Source: Promethearchaeota archaeon (lineage in GTDB: Archaea; Asgardarchaeota; Lokiarchaeia; Sigyniarchaeales; SOKP01). From it: a stretch of 55,642 nucleotides of DNA. The notes under the pieces are model-generated. The model was not told the DNA's origin, did not search any database, and saw nothing but the letters and a program-made list of their open reading frames with translations. Each line of letters opens with the position of its first letter. Within the stretch, counting starts at the first letter, position 1. This document shows, in pieces, positions 1 to 10,844 of this stretch. The translations under genes were made by a program, and so were the position numbers. The stretch covers positions 1 through 55,642 of the forward strand of contig JBHLMQ010000016.1 of the NCBI GenBank assembly GCA_048938005.1. The letters run 5' to 3'.

Positions 1-66
1 TATCTACTCACATAAAAAACTTATAAAAAAATTGAAATAAAAATAAAAGAAATTTAAAAAAATAGA

Positions 67-624
67 TTAAGCTTTAGTTTCCTCTAAAATCTCCCCAAAC
101 AGTCTTTTTACAGCATCGATTCGCTTCTCTTCACCAATTTGTTCTACATCTTTCAACGAGATAGCTTCTTTTGGGCAAACATCGATGCACGCTGGATATG
201 GTTCTCCTCTTTCGGGATTAATAAAGTCTTCTTTCATTGTTTCACAAAGATCGCAAATAAGAGCTTTCTGAGATTGAATATGTAAACTGAGAACTCCAAA
301 ATCGCACGCTCGAATACAGAAGGCACATCCATTGCACTTATCATCATCCACGATAATGGATCCTGTTTCTTTATCTTGTTCTAAGGCTTTTTCTGGGCAA
401 CTACGGACACATGGAGCATCATCACATTTTTGACATGCCAATGCGACATTTAAAATAGGTTCAATCCGTACTCTATGAATTCTTGTATTAATAGGGTTAA
501 ATTCTCCATCATGCACAAAAGAACAGACTGATTCGCATGTTTCACATCCAGTACATAAATTTGGATCAACGATAATAAACTGATGAACTACTCCCCCTCT
601 TTTCTTAGTTCCAACTTTAGACAT
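67..624 (-). CDS. 4Fe-4S dicluster electron-transfer subunit (DmsB/HycB-like) associated with AOR
   Basis: Four ferredoxin-type Cys clusters (CTGCETCESVC, CQKCDDAPCVRSCP, CNGCAFCIRAC, CDLC...CIDVCP); its ATG directly abuts the upstream AOR stop (TAA-ATG). Confidence 0.9.
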   Translation of the reverse strand: MSKVGTKKRGGVVHQFIIVDPNLCTGCETCESVCSFVHDGEFNPINTRIHRVRIEPILNVALACQKCDDAPCVRSCPEKALEQDKETGSIIVDDDKCNGCAFCIRACDFGVLSLHIQSQKALICDLCETMKEDFINPERGEPYPACIDVCPKEAISLKDVEQIGEEKRIDAVKRLFGEILEETKA

Positions 625-2547
625 TTATTTCTTCCCTCCAGCTGGTTTTAGTTTACCGATTACAAAATCTAATCCTAGAGACTTTAATGTTTCATCAGTT
701 GGAATTCCTGTCTGGGTATCCCACCCTCGAGCTTCATAATATCCACTTAATAACTTTTGATATCCATCCTCTTTTAAAGTTACTCCCTTCGCTGGTCCTT
801 TTGTATGTGTTTCTTTAAAAAACCTCTCAGGAGGATGATCATCATCTCTTGTCCATCCTTCTCGAATATTAAAGCATTTCGAAAGAGTAACAATCGCATC
901 TCCTCTTTGCTGAATATATTTATCTGTTACCGGAATTCCAGTTACCAGTTCGAAGACTTTAGCCATTTCAGCATCATTTTCATAAATTCCTCGAGTAAAT
1001 TTACACACAATATAGGAATCAATTATGGCATAAATGTCTTCTAAATCCTTGATTGCTTTACCCCTTTCAAGGGGTTTATCATAAGCAAACCTATCAAAAT
1101 TTCCTTTTGCATCTAATCCATAGGATCCGTTTCTTAAATGACATGCTCCTCTAATCGAAACACTTTCTCCAACAGCAAATGAGGTCATTCCATGAAGATC
1201 AAATGCTGGCATTTCTAAGCCTTTAATGTTCATACCATAATAACTTGCATTTTTTTTACCCATTTCTTCCAATCGTTTACCAGCTTCTCTGGTACCATCA
1301 CCGAAAACTTTTCCAGCAAAACCTTTACCTAAAATCATTTCTTCTGTGAATTTTACGAGATTTACAGTAGAACCAAAAGGTAATTTATAACCTAAGTCTT
1401 TTTCAGTAATCAAACCTAAATCAAAACATTCACATGCCATTGCTGCTGTTACACCTCCAGAAATTGCGTCGATCCCCAAATTATCACATAACTGAACACA
1501 CTTAAATACTGTTGGCCAATCAGAACATCCTGTAGCCGTCCCAAATCCATAACAGAGTTCTACATCTATACTGGCATATAAGTTAGGCCAATGTGGATGT
1601 GTCTTTGGTACTTTTGTAATATGATCACAGGCGATGGAACATTGAGAGCAAGCAACTTTTTTTACCACCCAGTCATTATTAAGAGTTTCTCCTGTAAAAG
1701 TTCCATCATCAATTTTTTCCCAAGTTCCTTCTCGGTGATTAAATGTGGGCATCATTCCAAGTTTATTATAGCTTGTTAAGCCCGCAGGAGTTCCTAAATC
1801 TCGATATTTAGCTGTAGCAGGTCCATTAGCAACTTTTATTAATTTTTTAGCTAATTTAAAAAACTCAACTGGATGTGCTACTTTCACTCCTTTAGTACCT
1901 CTAAAGCAAACAGCTTTAAGATTTTTAGAGCCCATAACTGCACCCATTCCAGTTCTTCCTGCCTGTCTATTACGATCATTTGTTATACATGCCATTCTGC
2001 TCATTCGTTCTCCCGCAGGACCAATTGCCATAACTGCTAATCTATAATCTTGAAATTCTTCTCGCAAGATCTCTTCTGTATCCCAACAACCTTTTCCCGC
2101 AAGATCTGGGCATGGAACGATATAATAATCATCATCATCCACAACCATATATGAAAGTTCTGGGGCTTTCCCTTTGACCACAAGCATATTAATTCCAGCG
2201 CGACGAGCTTGGGCTCCAACAGATCCAGAAGATATTGCCATACCAAACATCTCGGTTAATGGAGATTTAGCAAATACACCATATTTCGAACTAGTGGGTA
2301 GGATAGTAGCTGGAAATGGACCATGTGCATATACAAAAACGTTCTCTGGGCTAAGAGGATCTACTCCTGGTTTAAGTTCATCCCAAAGTACTTTAGCAGC
2401 AAATCCATAACCTCCAATCCAGTCGCGACAGAATTCATTAGATAATTTAGACTTACTGAATTTTTCATTAGTTAGATCTACATCAAGTCTAACTTGTGTA
2501 AATCCTTTTATTTCATCAGGAACAGTTATTTCCTTAGTTTTACTCAT
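625..2547 (-). CDS. aor: aldehyde:ferredoxin oxidoreductase family protein (W/Mo-pterin), paralog 1
   Basis: KSPLT, AGRTGMGAVMGSKNLKA, CSQCSIAC, CDNLGIDAISGG, KGLEMPAFD, YYEARGWD..G.PT motifs. Confidence 0.92.
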   Translation of the reverse strand: MSKTKEITVPDEIKGFTQVRLDVDLTNEKFSKSKLSNEFCRDWIGGYGFAAKVLWDELKPGVDPLSPENVFVYAHGPFPATILPTSSKYGVFAKSPLTEMFGMAISSGSVGAQARRAGINMLVVKGKAPELSYMVVDDDDYYIVPCPDLAGKGCWDTEEILREEFQDYRLAVMAIGPAGERMSRMACITNDRNRQAGRTGMGAVMGSKNLKAVCFRGTKGVKVAHPVEFFKLAKKLIKVANGPATAKYRDLGTPAGLTSYNKLGMMPTFNHREGTWEKIDDGTFTGETLNNDWVVKKVACSQCSIACDHITKVPKTHPHWPNLYASIDVELCYGFGTATGCSDWPTVFKCVQLCDNLGIDAISGGVTAAMACECFDLGLITEKDLGYKLPFGSTVNLVKFTEEMILGKGFAGKVFGDGTREAGKRLEEMGKKNASYYGMNIKGLEMPAFDLHGMTSFAVGESVSIRGACHLRNGSYGLDAKGNFDRFAYDKPLERGKAIKDLEDIYAIIDSYIVCKFTRGIYENDAEMAKVFELVTGIPVTDKYIQQRGDAIVTLSKCFNIREGWTRDDDHPPERFFKETHTKGPAKGVTLKEDGYQKLLSGYYEARGWDTQTGIPTDETLKSLGLDFVIGKLKPAGGKK

Positions 2548-2752
2548 GTTTTTTACAACTAATTGTATGTTTATATTTTGAATCGATTATAGATATTAAA
2601 AATAAATTATCAAAATTTTAAAGGTTACTTGTTAATCTTAAAAATCTCTTTCTTTAAAATTATTAAGCACATCATTTATCAATTTACCATTAAATAATAC
2701 AGAGATAATGTACAAATTTGTAAACAATTAGATGAAAATCAATAAAAATAGA

Positions 2753-5515
2753 TTAAATCAAAAAGAGTAGTTTTCCGAGAAAACTTACAAGATCGATTAC
2801 CTCTATTTTATCTTTTAATCCTCTGTTTTCATTGAGGTAGCAATTTAAATGAGCAATGCATTTAGGGCATGCTGTAATAAGGTATTCCGCTCCAGTTTCT
2901 ATTGCTTGAATAATTTTGTTTTCTTGTAATTGTTTTGAATCTTGGTTACAAGAAATATATGCAGAAACTCCGCAACAATCCGCATCTTGCATAGAGTCTT
3001 CCATTTCCACTAATTCAACTGATGGAATAAGTTTTAAAACTTCACGTGGTGCATCAAAAACATTACTCATCCTTCCTAATCTACACGGGTCATGGTAAGT
3101 TACTTTAATTTTGTCAAAACCAGGGAATGTTATGTCTTCTAACAGATTTTCTTTTAGAATATATTCGGTAATGTGATAAATATCAAAATCAAAGTTATCA
3201 TCGCCTTCAAATAGCTTTTTATATTCATTTTTCCAGGTATAATAACCTTCAGCGCAGCTAAAGATTAATGTTTTAACTCCTGCATCTCTAAATAATTTTA
3301 CATTATATTCTGCTAGTTTTTTAAATATATTGACATCTCCTCGCCAAAGACTATCATGTCCACAACATTTTTCTTCAGGTAAAACAACTGGAACTATATC
3401 ATTTTGATTTAAAATTCCAATAACACTTTTGGGGATTTCAAAATAATTAGGCGCATTCAGTGAAGACCAAGTATCTTGACTACCATATCCACATATCATA
3501 ACGCCTGAAGCATCAAGTGCTTTTTCAAAATCCTCTGGGATCTGGTCAGAATTACAACAGCAATTGCAATTCAAACATCGATTTGCTTCTTTTTTCGCTT
3601 GTTCTTCAGTAAATCCTAATTCCATTTCGTCAAAGCAGACTAATCTTTCAGAACCAGGCATAAAATTCATATCTTGACATGCTTGTGTCTGTATATATTT
3701 TTTGGGAATAGTGGACCTTTTTAAATCATTTATTCTTATTCTTCCTTTCTTTAAATCAAGGCCTCGGAGATATCGATCAATTGAAAATGCTGCTTCTCTA
3801 CCATCTCCTATAGCATCAACAGCACACATTAATGAATTATAAATTATATCACCTCCCGCAAATACCCCTGGGATGCCAGTTTCATAAGTAAGATCATCGA
3901 CAACAACTTTACCTCTCTCAATTTTTAGTTGATTATCTGTAGCGGCGTTAAGTGGCTCTGGATCAAGTCCCTGACCAATTGCTATGACAATATTATCAAT
4001 AACTATTTTAAACTCCGAGCCTTCAATTTTATTTAAGGGTCTTCTTCCAGTTTTAGGATCAGGCTCGCCCCATTCAATTTTATAACAATTTAATGCTAAT
4101 TTTCCATCGGGTTCCTGTGTGATTTTTGCTGTTGAAGTCTCAAAATGATATTCCATCACTTCTCTCTCAGCTTCATGTAAGTCATCGATTACGGTTTTTA
4201 ATGCCTCTTCAGTTAAAATATCAACAAGATCAACCTTCGTAGCTCCTAATCGCAGAACTGTTTCTCCAACATCTACAGCAACAGCACCCCCTCCAATAAT
4301 TCCAAAAGTTTTCCCTTTAAATTCTTCTGGATTTTCAGCACATTTATACTTCCTCTCTAAAAGAAAATCAATTGCTACGTCAACATTAGGTAAATCTTCG
4401 CCGTCAAGTCTGAGAGTTTTAGGGACATATAAGCCTATAGCAATAAAAACTGCTTTATATCCTTGCTTCCAAATATCTTCTAATGTGAAATTTGGACCAA
4501 ATTCTTTATTTAAAACAATTTCAACTCCCATACTTTTTATAAACTCTATATCATAATCAAGAGCCTCATCAGAAAGTCTATATTGTGGGACACCATATCT
4601 TACGACTCCACCAGTTTTATCACCTTTCTCGAAAATAGTTGGTTTATATCCCATTCTTGCAAGAAAATATGCAGCAGATAATCCTCCTGGTCCTGCTCCG
4701 ATAATAGCTACTTTTTCTTTAGTTTGTTGTACTGGTTTTATTCTGCTTAGATTTGGATGCTCGACTTCCCAATCTGAGACAAACCGTTTAAGTTCACGGA
4801 TAGCAACTGGATCATCAAAATGTTGACGATTGCAATTTAATGCACATTGAGCTGTACAAATCCTTCCACAAAGGAATGGTAATGGATTTGTTTCTCTTAT
4901 CAGATCAATAGATTCTTGAAATTTACCTTCTGCTATTAAGGAGATATAACCTTGAACGTCAACTCCGGCAGGACATCCAACAACACACGGAGCAGTTCCA
5001 GTTAAGAAAGGAACGCATCCCATAAAATAGCCAATTTCCCCTTTATCAGTCGTTTTTAATCCTGTTCCATCTAAAAATCCTATTTTATTAGTAAATTTAA
5101 TTTTATCTTCAGCCATCAATTTTGGTAAGCTTGAATATACTCTTTCATGATTACAACTTAATAATCCTTCTTGTAATGGTTTATACACTGAAGCAAGAGA
5201 GCGGAGATCCTTAATTATTTGATTGAAGTTTACTCCTGTTTCTTCTTTTGTCATCGGACAATATTTTGAGCATAATCCACATGTAAGGCACTTCCAAATA
5301 TCATTATTTTGTAATGCTTCTTCGGGTGTTAGAAATGTTAAATCAGTAATTAAACTACGTGGATAAAAAATATCAAGAAAGGCCGTTGGGCAAACAGCGT
5401 TACATCGATTACACGAGTAGCAATAATTAGCTGCAGTATTTACTCTTTTAAGCAACTCTATTGAAGCTGTTCCCTTGATTTTATCACCAGCTGCTTTTTT
5501 ATCAGATTCAGTCAT
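2753..5515 (-). CDS. HdrC-HdrD(CCG)-like Fe-S oxidoreductase with an inserted GltD/NfnB-like FAD/NAD(P) module
   Basis: N-terminal CYSCNRCNAVCP and CLTCGLCSKYCP; YFMGC; GltD-type APCVVGCP...CGRIC...C, GAGPGGL, GGGAVA, GVFAGGD, EANRCLNC; C-terminal CCGHD, YHDPCRLGR, CCGVS, TACPKC. Confidence 0.85.
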   Translation of the reverse strand: MTESDKKAAGDKIKGTASIELLKRVNTAANYCYSCNRCNAVCPTAFLDIFYPRSLITDLTFLTPEEALQNNDIWKCLTCGLCSKYCPMTKEETGVNFNQIIKDLRSLASVYKPLQEGLLSCNHERVYSSLPKLMAEDKIKFTNKIGFLDGTGLKTTDKGEIGYFMGCVPFLTGTAPCVVGCPAGVDVQGYISLIAEGKFQESIDLIRETNPLPFLCGRICTAQCALNCNRQHFDDPVAIRELKRFVSDWEVEHPNLSRIKPVQQTKEKVAIIGAGPGGLSAAYFLARMGYKPTIFEKGDKTGGVVRYGVPQYRLSDEALDYDIEFIKSMGVEIVLNKEFGPNFTLEDIWKQGYKAVFIAIGLYVPKTLRLDGEDLPNVDVAIDFLLERKYKCAENPEEFKGKTFGIIGGGAVAVDVGETVLRLGATKVDLVDILTEEALKTVIDDLHEAEREVMEYHFETSTAKITQEPDGKLALNCYKIEWGEPDPKTGRRPLNKIEGSEFKIVIDNIVIAIGQGLDPEPLNAATDNQLKIERGKVVVDDLTYETGIPGVFAGGDIIYNSLMCAVDAIGDGREAAFSIDRYLRGLDLKKGRIRINDLKRSTIPKKYIQTQACQDMNFMPGSERLVCFDEMELGFTEEQAKKEANRCLNCNCCCNSDQIPEDFEKALDASGVMICGYGSQDTWSSLNAPNYFEIPKSVIGILNQNDIVPVVLPEEKCCGHDSLWRGDVNIFKKLAEYNVKLFRDAGVKTLIFSCAEGYYTWKNEYKKLFEGDDNFDFDIYHITEYILKENLLEDITFPGFDKIKVTYHDPCRLGRMSNVFDAPREVLKLIPSVELVEMEDSMQDADCCGVSAYISCNQDSKQLQENKIIQAIETGAEYLITACPKCIAHLNCYLNENRGLKDKIEVIDLVSFLGKLLFLI

Positions 5516-5688
5516 TTTAAGTCAAGAAAATTAGGTTTTTTATAGTTTATTAAAAAGCTTGCTATAATTTGAATATAATTGTTATAATTTGTTTATAAAA
5601 TTTTTATATAATTTTATTTGAGTCTTTTACTCTTTGTTTGCTTTTGAATTTCCCCTTTCCATTTCTTATTGACTATTTTGCCAAAATT

Positions 5689-7044
5689 TCACTTAAACTG
5701 AGGCATAAATTCAGAGTGAGCAACCAGTAATTCATCCATTATTTTTTTGGCAGGAATTGTATCAATAACGTATGGACATGCTAAGATAGCTTGGTATAAT
5801 ATATTTTTGTCTCCAGTAAGTGCTGCATCAACGCTTAATTCCTGCCATTCTATTACCTGCCGTGATATTCCGATAAATGGTTTAGGTAAATCTCCTATAT
5901 TTATTGGATTTATCCCCTTTTTATCGACAATTGCATGCCCCTCAACTACTGCGTCTTCTGGAAGATTCGAAATAATTCCATTATTGCGAAATAAAATCCC
6001 TCCCCACTCCTTTTGTTCATCGGCTGCTATGCTAGAAAGAACACCAATAGCTTGTCTCGCATGGAAAGGGTTGAAGCAATATTCCTCGGGGTACTCCTCG
6101 TAATTTTTTCCACTCAAGATCTCTTCCAAGAAATTCCAACGCTTTTCTGTCCAACCAAAAATTGTATCTTCCCAAAGAGGTTCTCTACTTCTTTCCTTTA
6201 GGGTTCTCTCATGTTCCCAATAGGGAGTAATATGAGATGAACTGGTGCTCCAAACATCGTATAACTCAAGAAACTTAAATCCTAATCCAAAGTCCAGTGG
6301 CATCCAAGGAAACTGAGCGATAATTTTGAAAACTTCTCCAGTTTTCATCTTTTGTATTAATTTTTCTTTAAGAAGTGAATAACCTTCTATACCGTCTAAC
6401 TTCAAATCTACGAGCCAAGTAAAATGATTTAATCCAATGGAGCGTGGTTCATAATCGTCACTGATCGTATACTTTCTATTGAGTGGTGGTTTTTCAAGAA
6501 CTCTTGGGAGAAAAAGCATAATATTAGCAGCAACGCAATCACACACAGGTATGTACTTTAGATTTGTTTTTCTCCAAACTGCATCGGCTACATGACTGGC
6601 AGGATTTATATAGCTGATAATCCACGCATCAGGGCACATGTCATTTATCATTTTACAGTATTCTAAAGTTGTTGGAATTGTACACTGAGCCATAAACGTA
6701 CCTCCAGGCCCAGTTGTTTCATCTCCGGCAATCCCATACTTGGTCGGAATTTTAATGTCGTATAGCATATGCTTCCGTCCACCAATCCTATAGCTTGGTA
6801 AAATAAAGTCAGAATCTTCCACCGCCTCCTTTGCATCATTAGTGAAACTGAATTTAAAGTCAGCATTTACTCTTTCGGCTAAGACTTCTCCTAATTTGGC
6901 TAGTTTGGGTAAAGATTCAGGATCAATGTCCATTAAACAAAATTCACTCCCTGCCAAGGCTTCCTTATTTTCTGTCGCCGCGTAAATTAAAGAAGGCATA
7001 AAAGGGGTGCCTGCCCCTAGAATCGATATTTTTCTATACGTCAT
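5689..7044 (-). CDS. glycoside hydrolase family 4 (NAD+/Mn-dependent)
   Basis: KISILGAGT Rossmann start, GDETTGPGG, YINP, metal Cys in PVCD, GLNHFTW, NLPEDAVVE. Confidence 0.9.
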   Translation of the reverse strand: MTYRKISILGAGTPFMPSLIYAATENKEALAGSEFCLMDIDPESLPKLAKLGEVLAERVNADFKFSFTNDAKEAVEDSDFILPSYRIGGRKHMLYDIKIPTKYGIAGDETTGPGGTFMAQCTIPTTLEYCKMINDMCPDAWIISYINPASHVADAVWRKTNLKYIPVCDCVAANIMLFLPRVLEKPPLNRKYTISDDYEPRSIGLNHFTWLVDLKLDGIEGYSLLKEKLIQKMKTGEVFKIIAQFPWMPLDFGLGFKFLELYDVWSTSSSHITPYWEHERTLKERSREPLWEDTIFGWTEKRWNFLEEILSGKNYEEYPEEYCFNPFHARQAIGVLSSIAADEQKEWGGILFRNNGIISNLPEDAVVEGHAIVDKKGINPINIGDLPKPFIGISRQVIEWQELSVDAALTGDKNILYQAILACPYVIDTIPAKKIMDELLVAHSEFMPQFK

Positions 7045-7211
7045 TTTCAGCTTTCGCCATTTATTCTTTTTTTCTTTAAATTTTTATCTCAAAAAAACTA
7101 TTCTTTTATATTTAACATTGGTTCTATTTTCTTTCAGACATTAAAATATTACCACAGAATTTAAATGGTAAAATTTTTACTTGGTTTTATATTAAATACA
7201 ATATAAAGATA

Positions 7212-10200
7212 ATGGTTTTAGAGATAAATCCTCTTAAGTATAGTTGTCCGTTCTGTGGAAAAGAATTAGAATCAAGATTTTCTAAATGCTTTAATATTTA
7301 TTGTCAAGGAAAAAAGTTCAACACAGGAAATCTAGTTATATATAGGCTAAATCCAGATTTAGGCATAGGAAGAATAATAAAAAAATTAGAAATCCCCACA
7401 TCAAAATCTTTAGATAAAGAGGATACTCACTTTATCACAAAATATAAAGTCTCCTTTAGAAATAATATAATTAAAATAATCCATCCAATTGATCTTATCC
7501 ACTATGTTTTTGAGCTTAATGATAAAATCGTCACTAAACAAGGAATCGGGTATATAAATACGAAAGATTTCCAAATCAAAGATGGAACAATTTCCTATGA
7601 ATTCTTGATGGAAAATGGTAAAAAATCTCAAATACATGAAAATGAAATTTATTCTAAGTATGAAACACCAATTGAAACATTAATTTCAAAACAGATTATT
7701 GATCCTCCTAAGAATTTTTTGATTAAATATTGGGCAAATTTATTCTATTCTTATTATAAATCATATCAAATTAAATGCATAACAAATTCGCGTTTATCAT
7801 TAATGCCTCACCAGATAAATGTAACTCATCGTTTATCTGAAGAACATTTCCCTAGAATTATTCTGGCCGATGAGGTTGGTCTTGGAAAGACAATTGAAGC
7901 AGGGATTTATATCAAAGAAATGATGGCGAGAGATTTAGCGGAACGTATCTTAATAGTAGTCCCTGCTTCGTTAGTTAAACAATGGCAATTTGAAATGCAA
8001 AATAAATTTAATATTAATTTTACTGTGTATGATGGTAAAAAAGTTAAAGAACTAAAACATAAAGGAAGTTATAAACATCCAGATATTCTGCAGAATCCTT
8101 TTTACTATGATAATTTAATTATCTGTTCACTTCAATTTGCTCGAAACAGAAAATATATCGAATTATTATCAAGTATCTCATGGGATATTGTAGTGTTTGA
8201 TGAAGCACATCATTTAAGAAGGTATCTTATAAATGCAATGACAGGAAATTATCGGGAGACTCTTAATTATGAATTAGCGAGAAATTTAAGTATAAATTCA
8301 GAAGGTATGCTCTTATTAACTGCCACCCCACTTCAACTTCATTCATTTGAATTATTTTCTCTAATTGAGCTCATTCATCCAGAAATATTTGAAAACTTTA
8401 GCGACTTCGAACATTTTAGAAAGAACACACCGTTTATAAACCTTTTAATCTCAAACTTGAATAATATTGAAAAATTAAATAATTTTGAAGTAAAAAACAC
8501 TATAAAACTTCTAAAAGATCTTAGATACATTGATATAAAAAGTGATTTGAACCGTGTTCTTTCACAACTTAAAGATGATTCTTTTAAATTGAACTTATTG
8601 AATAAAATTGAAGAGGATCATACTTTATCTAAATTTTTAATTAGAAATCGTAAGAAAAATGTATTTTCTGATGATTTATTAAACGAAAGAATTGTAAACA
8701 CGATTATGGTAAACCCAACTCAACAAGAATTGGATATATATAACGAAATACGGCTTTATCTTGCTAAAATTTATAATTCTTCCGTAAGTAAAGAAAATGT
8801 AGGGATTGGATTTATTATAACAACACTCCAGAAACTATTAACAAGTTCAAAATACGCATTTTTAAAGAGCCTAGAAAGACGATTAGAGCAAATTGATCGG
8901 TATAAAGATATTTTTCTTGATACTGATATAATAAAAAAAGGAGATCCTGAATATTATGAAGCAGAATTAGAAGATCAATATCTAGATTCGGAATTAGTCG
9001 ATATTTTTAATAGTAATGAAACTAAGAAAATAAAAGAAGAAGTTACTGAAATCCTTAATCAAGAGAAAATATTAAAAGAATTTTATGATAAACTAAAAGC
9101 TTTACCATATGATTCAAAATCGGATAAATTAATGGAATTATTACATCAAATCTATTCACAAAATCCTAGAGAAAAAATAATTATCTTTACTCAGTTTGTT
9201 GATACATTGAAATATTTAAAATCCTTAATAGAGAATCAGAATCACGATTATAAGGTCGAATTATTTTATGGAGGGCTAGATAAAGAACAAAAAGATGGAG
9301 CCGTTGAAAGATTTAGATCAAGTAACAAGTTTTCTGTTTTAATTTCCACAGAAATTGGCGGCGAAGGACGTAATTTTCAGTTCTGTCGTGTTCTTATAAA
9401 TTATGATTTACCCTGGAATCCTATGAAACTTGAACAAAGGATTGGTAGACTTGACAGAATTGGCCAGGAATCAAAAGAAATTTATATTTATAATATTTTT
9501 ATGGAAGGAACAGTGGAAACAGATATAATACACGCTATAATAAAAAGAATAAATCTTTTTGAAGAATCTATCGGAATATTAGAGCCTATTATTGGAAGAA
9601 TTGAAAAGGATTTTAGGGGGGTTATTTTTGCTGAAGATGATGGAAAAAAACGGAAGAAACTTAATGAATTTTATAGAACTCTAGATGAAGAAGTAAGAAA
9701 GGCAAAGGAAATCGAGATGCAATTAGATGATCTAATGATTGACAAAAGATCATTTCAAATGGAAGGGCTAATAGCTTCATTAGCTTCATGTATAGATGTA
9801 AAACTTACTCATAATGAATTATATTTACTAGCAAAACAATTTTTTGAACTTAATAAGCAAATGTATGGTTCCTTAGATAATATTCAAAATAATTTTGAAG
9901 TAGTTGAGGATAATTTTGAATTTCTATCAAAAATAAAAATTAAAGATATTTTACTAAAAAATCCTTATTATAACATTTTAAACGAGTATTACGGTACTTT
10001 TAATTTAGACCTCGCAAGGAAAAAAGAAGAAGTTGATTTTTTTGCTTTAGGACATCCGTTAATTAATAGTATTTTGGATTATTGCATAAGTGACGAATTT
10101 CATGGAAATTTTAGCATTTTAATTTTAAAAAGGAATGTATTAGAAAGATTTTATGATTCAAAATCAATAGTTAAAGAAGAATTGTATCTTTTTATTTTTT

Positions 10201-10820
10201 CAGTTAAATTTCAAGGTTATATAATTGAAAATCAAATCGTAGCCATAGTTATTGATGAAAATGGTAATGAAATTAAAGATTTTGCAGATGTAATTTTAGA
10301 TATCAAGAACTTAAATGAATTATTCCTACTTAATGATGCTCAGGAAAGAATACCAGTTGATTATAATGTAATTAGTGTACTTCAGCAAAGAGCAAAGAAT
10401 ATTATTAAATCAAAAACTTCAATCTGGAAAAAAGAAATAAAGATTCTGAACGATAGTATATTTAATCAAGAAAGAAGAAAAAAAGAAAAAATTTATTCTC
10501 ATAAAAAGAGAACTCTAAATCTTAAACATGAATCACTAAATCGCATCTTAGAACGAAATAAAAATAAAAGACCAACCCCACGTCAACTCCAAAATATAGA
10601 AAGAATAACGGATACAGCAAAAAAGGAAGAAAGATTAAATATTATTAATAAATTGGAAGAAGAGATTAAATTTATTCAAAAAGATATTAATTTAACTGAA
10701 AAAAAATTAGATGATTTATCGTTCGAATACGAAGACCTTAAAAATGAGATGATTAAAAGAAATTTATCAAAATTTTATACTAATATTTTATCTTTTGCAT
10801 TTTTAAGATTTGTTGATTAA
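7212..10820 (+). CDS. RapA/SNF2-family helicase with N-terminal Zn ribbon and C-terminal coiled coil
   Basis: MPHQ, LADEVGLGKTIEAG, DEAHH, LTATP, GGEGRNFQ, NYDLPWNPMKLEQRIGRLDRIGQ, FFALGHPL; N-terminal CPFC...CFNIYC. Confidence 0.9.
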   Translation: MVLEINPLKYSCPFCGKELESRFSKCFNIYCQGKKFNTGNLVIYRLNPDLGIGRIIKKLEIPTSKSLDKEDTHFITKYKVSFRNNIIKIIHPIDLIHYVFELNDKIVTKQGIGYINTKDFQIKDGTISYEFLMENGKKSQIHENEIYSKYETPIETLISKQIIDPPKNFLIKYWANLFYSYYKSYQIKCITNSRLSLMPHQINVTHRLSEEHFPRIILADEVGLGKTIEAGIYIKEMMARDLAERILIVVPASLVKQWQFEMQNKFNINFTVYDGKKVKELKHKGSYKHPDILQNPFYYDNLIICSLQFARNRKYIELLSSISWDIVVFDEAHHLRRYLINAMTGNYRETLNYELARNLSINSEGMLLLTATPLQLHSFELFSLIELIHPEIFENFSDFEHFRKNTPFINLLISNLNNIEKLNNFEVKNTIKLLKDLRYIDIKSDLNRVLSQLKDDSFKLNLLNKIEEDHTLSKFLIRNRKKNVFSDDLLNERIVNTIMVNPTQQELDIYNEIRLYLAKIYNSSVSKENVGIGFIITTLQKLLTSSKYAFLKSLERRLEQIDRYKDIFLDTDIIKKGDPEYYEAELEDQYLDSELVDIFNSNETKKIKEEVTEILNQEKILKEFYDKLKALPYDSKSDKLMELLHQIYSQNPREKIIIFTQFVDTLKYLKSLIENQNHDYKVELFYGGLDKEQKDGAVERFRSSNKFSVLISTEIGGEGRNFQFCRVLINYDLPWNPMKLEQRIGRLDRIGQESKEIYIYNIFMEGTVETDIIHAIIKRINLFEESIGILEPIIGRIEKDFRGVIFAEDDGKKRKKLNEFYRTLDEEVRKAKEIEMQLDDLMIDKRSFQMEGLIASLASCIDVKLTHNELYLLAKQFFELNKQMYGSLDNIQNNFEVVEDNFEFLSKIKIKDILLKNPYYNILNEYYGTFNLDLARKKEEVDFFALGHPLINSILDYCISDEFHGNFSILILKRNVLERFYDSKSIVKEELYLFIFSVKFQGYIIENQIVAIVIDENGNEIKDFADVILDIKNLNELFLLNDAQERIPVDYNVISVLQQRAKNIIKSKTSIWKKEIKILNDSIFNQERRKKEKIYSHKKRTLNLKHESLNRILERNKNKRPTPRQLQNIERITDTAKKEERLNIINKLEEEIKFIQKDINLTEKKLDDLSFEYEDLKNEMIKRNLSKFYTNILSFAFLRFVD

Positions 10821-10844
10821 AATAATTTTCAGCTTATATCTGAA

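Noticed and set aside
2711-2722. Perfect 12-bp palindrome TACAAATTTGTA upstream of AOR1
   Set aside because: Short and AT-rich; no clear copy upstream of the other AOR genes; chance cannot be excluded.
7212-10820. DISARM (DrmD) or other defence system
   Set aside because: No methylase, DrmA/B/C, nuclease or other defence gene flanks it.
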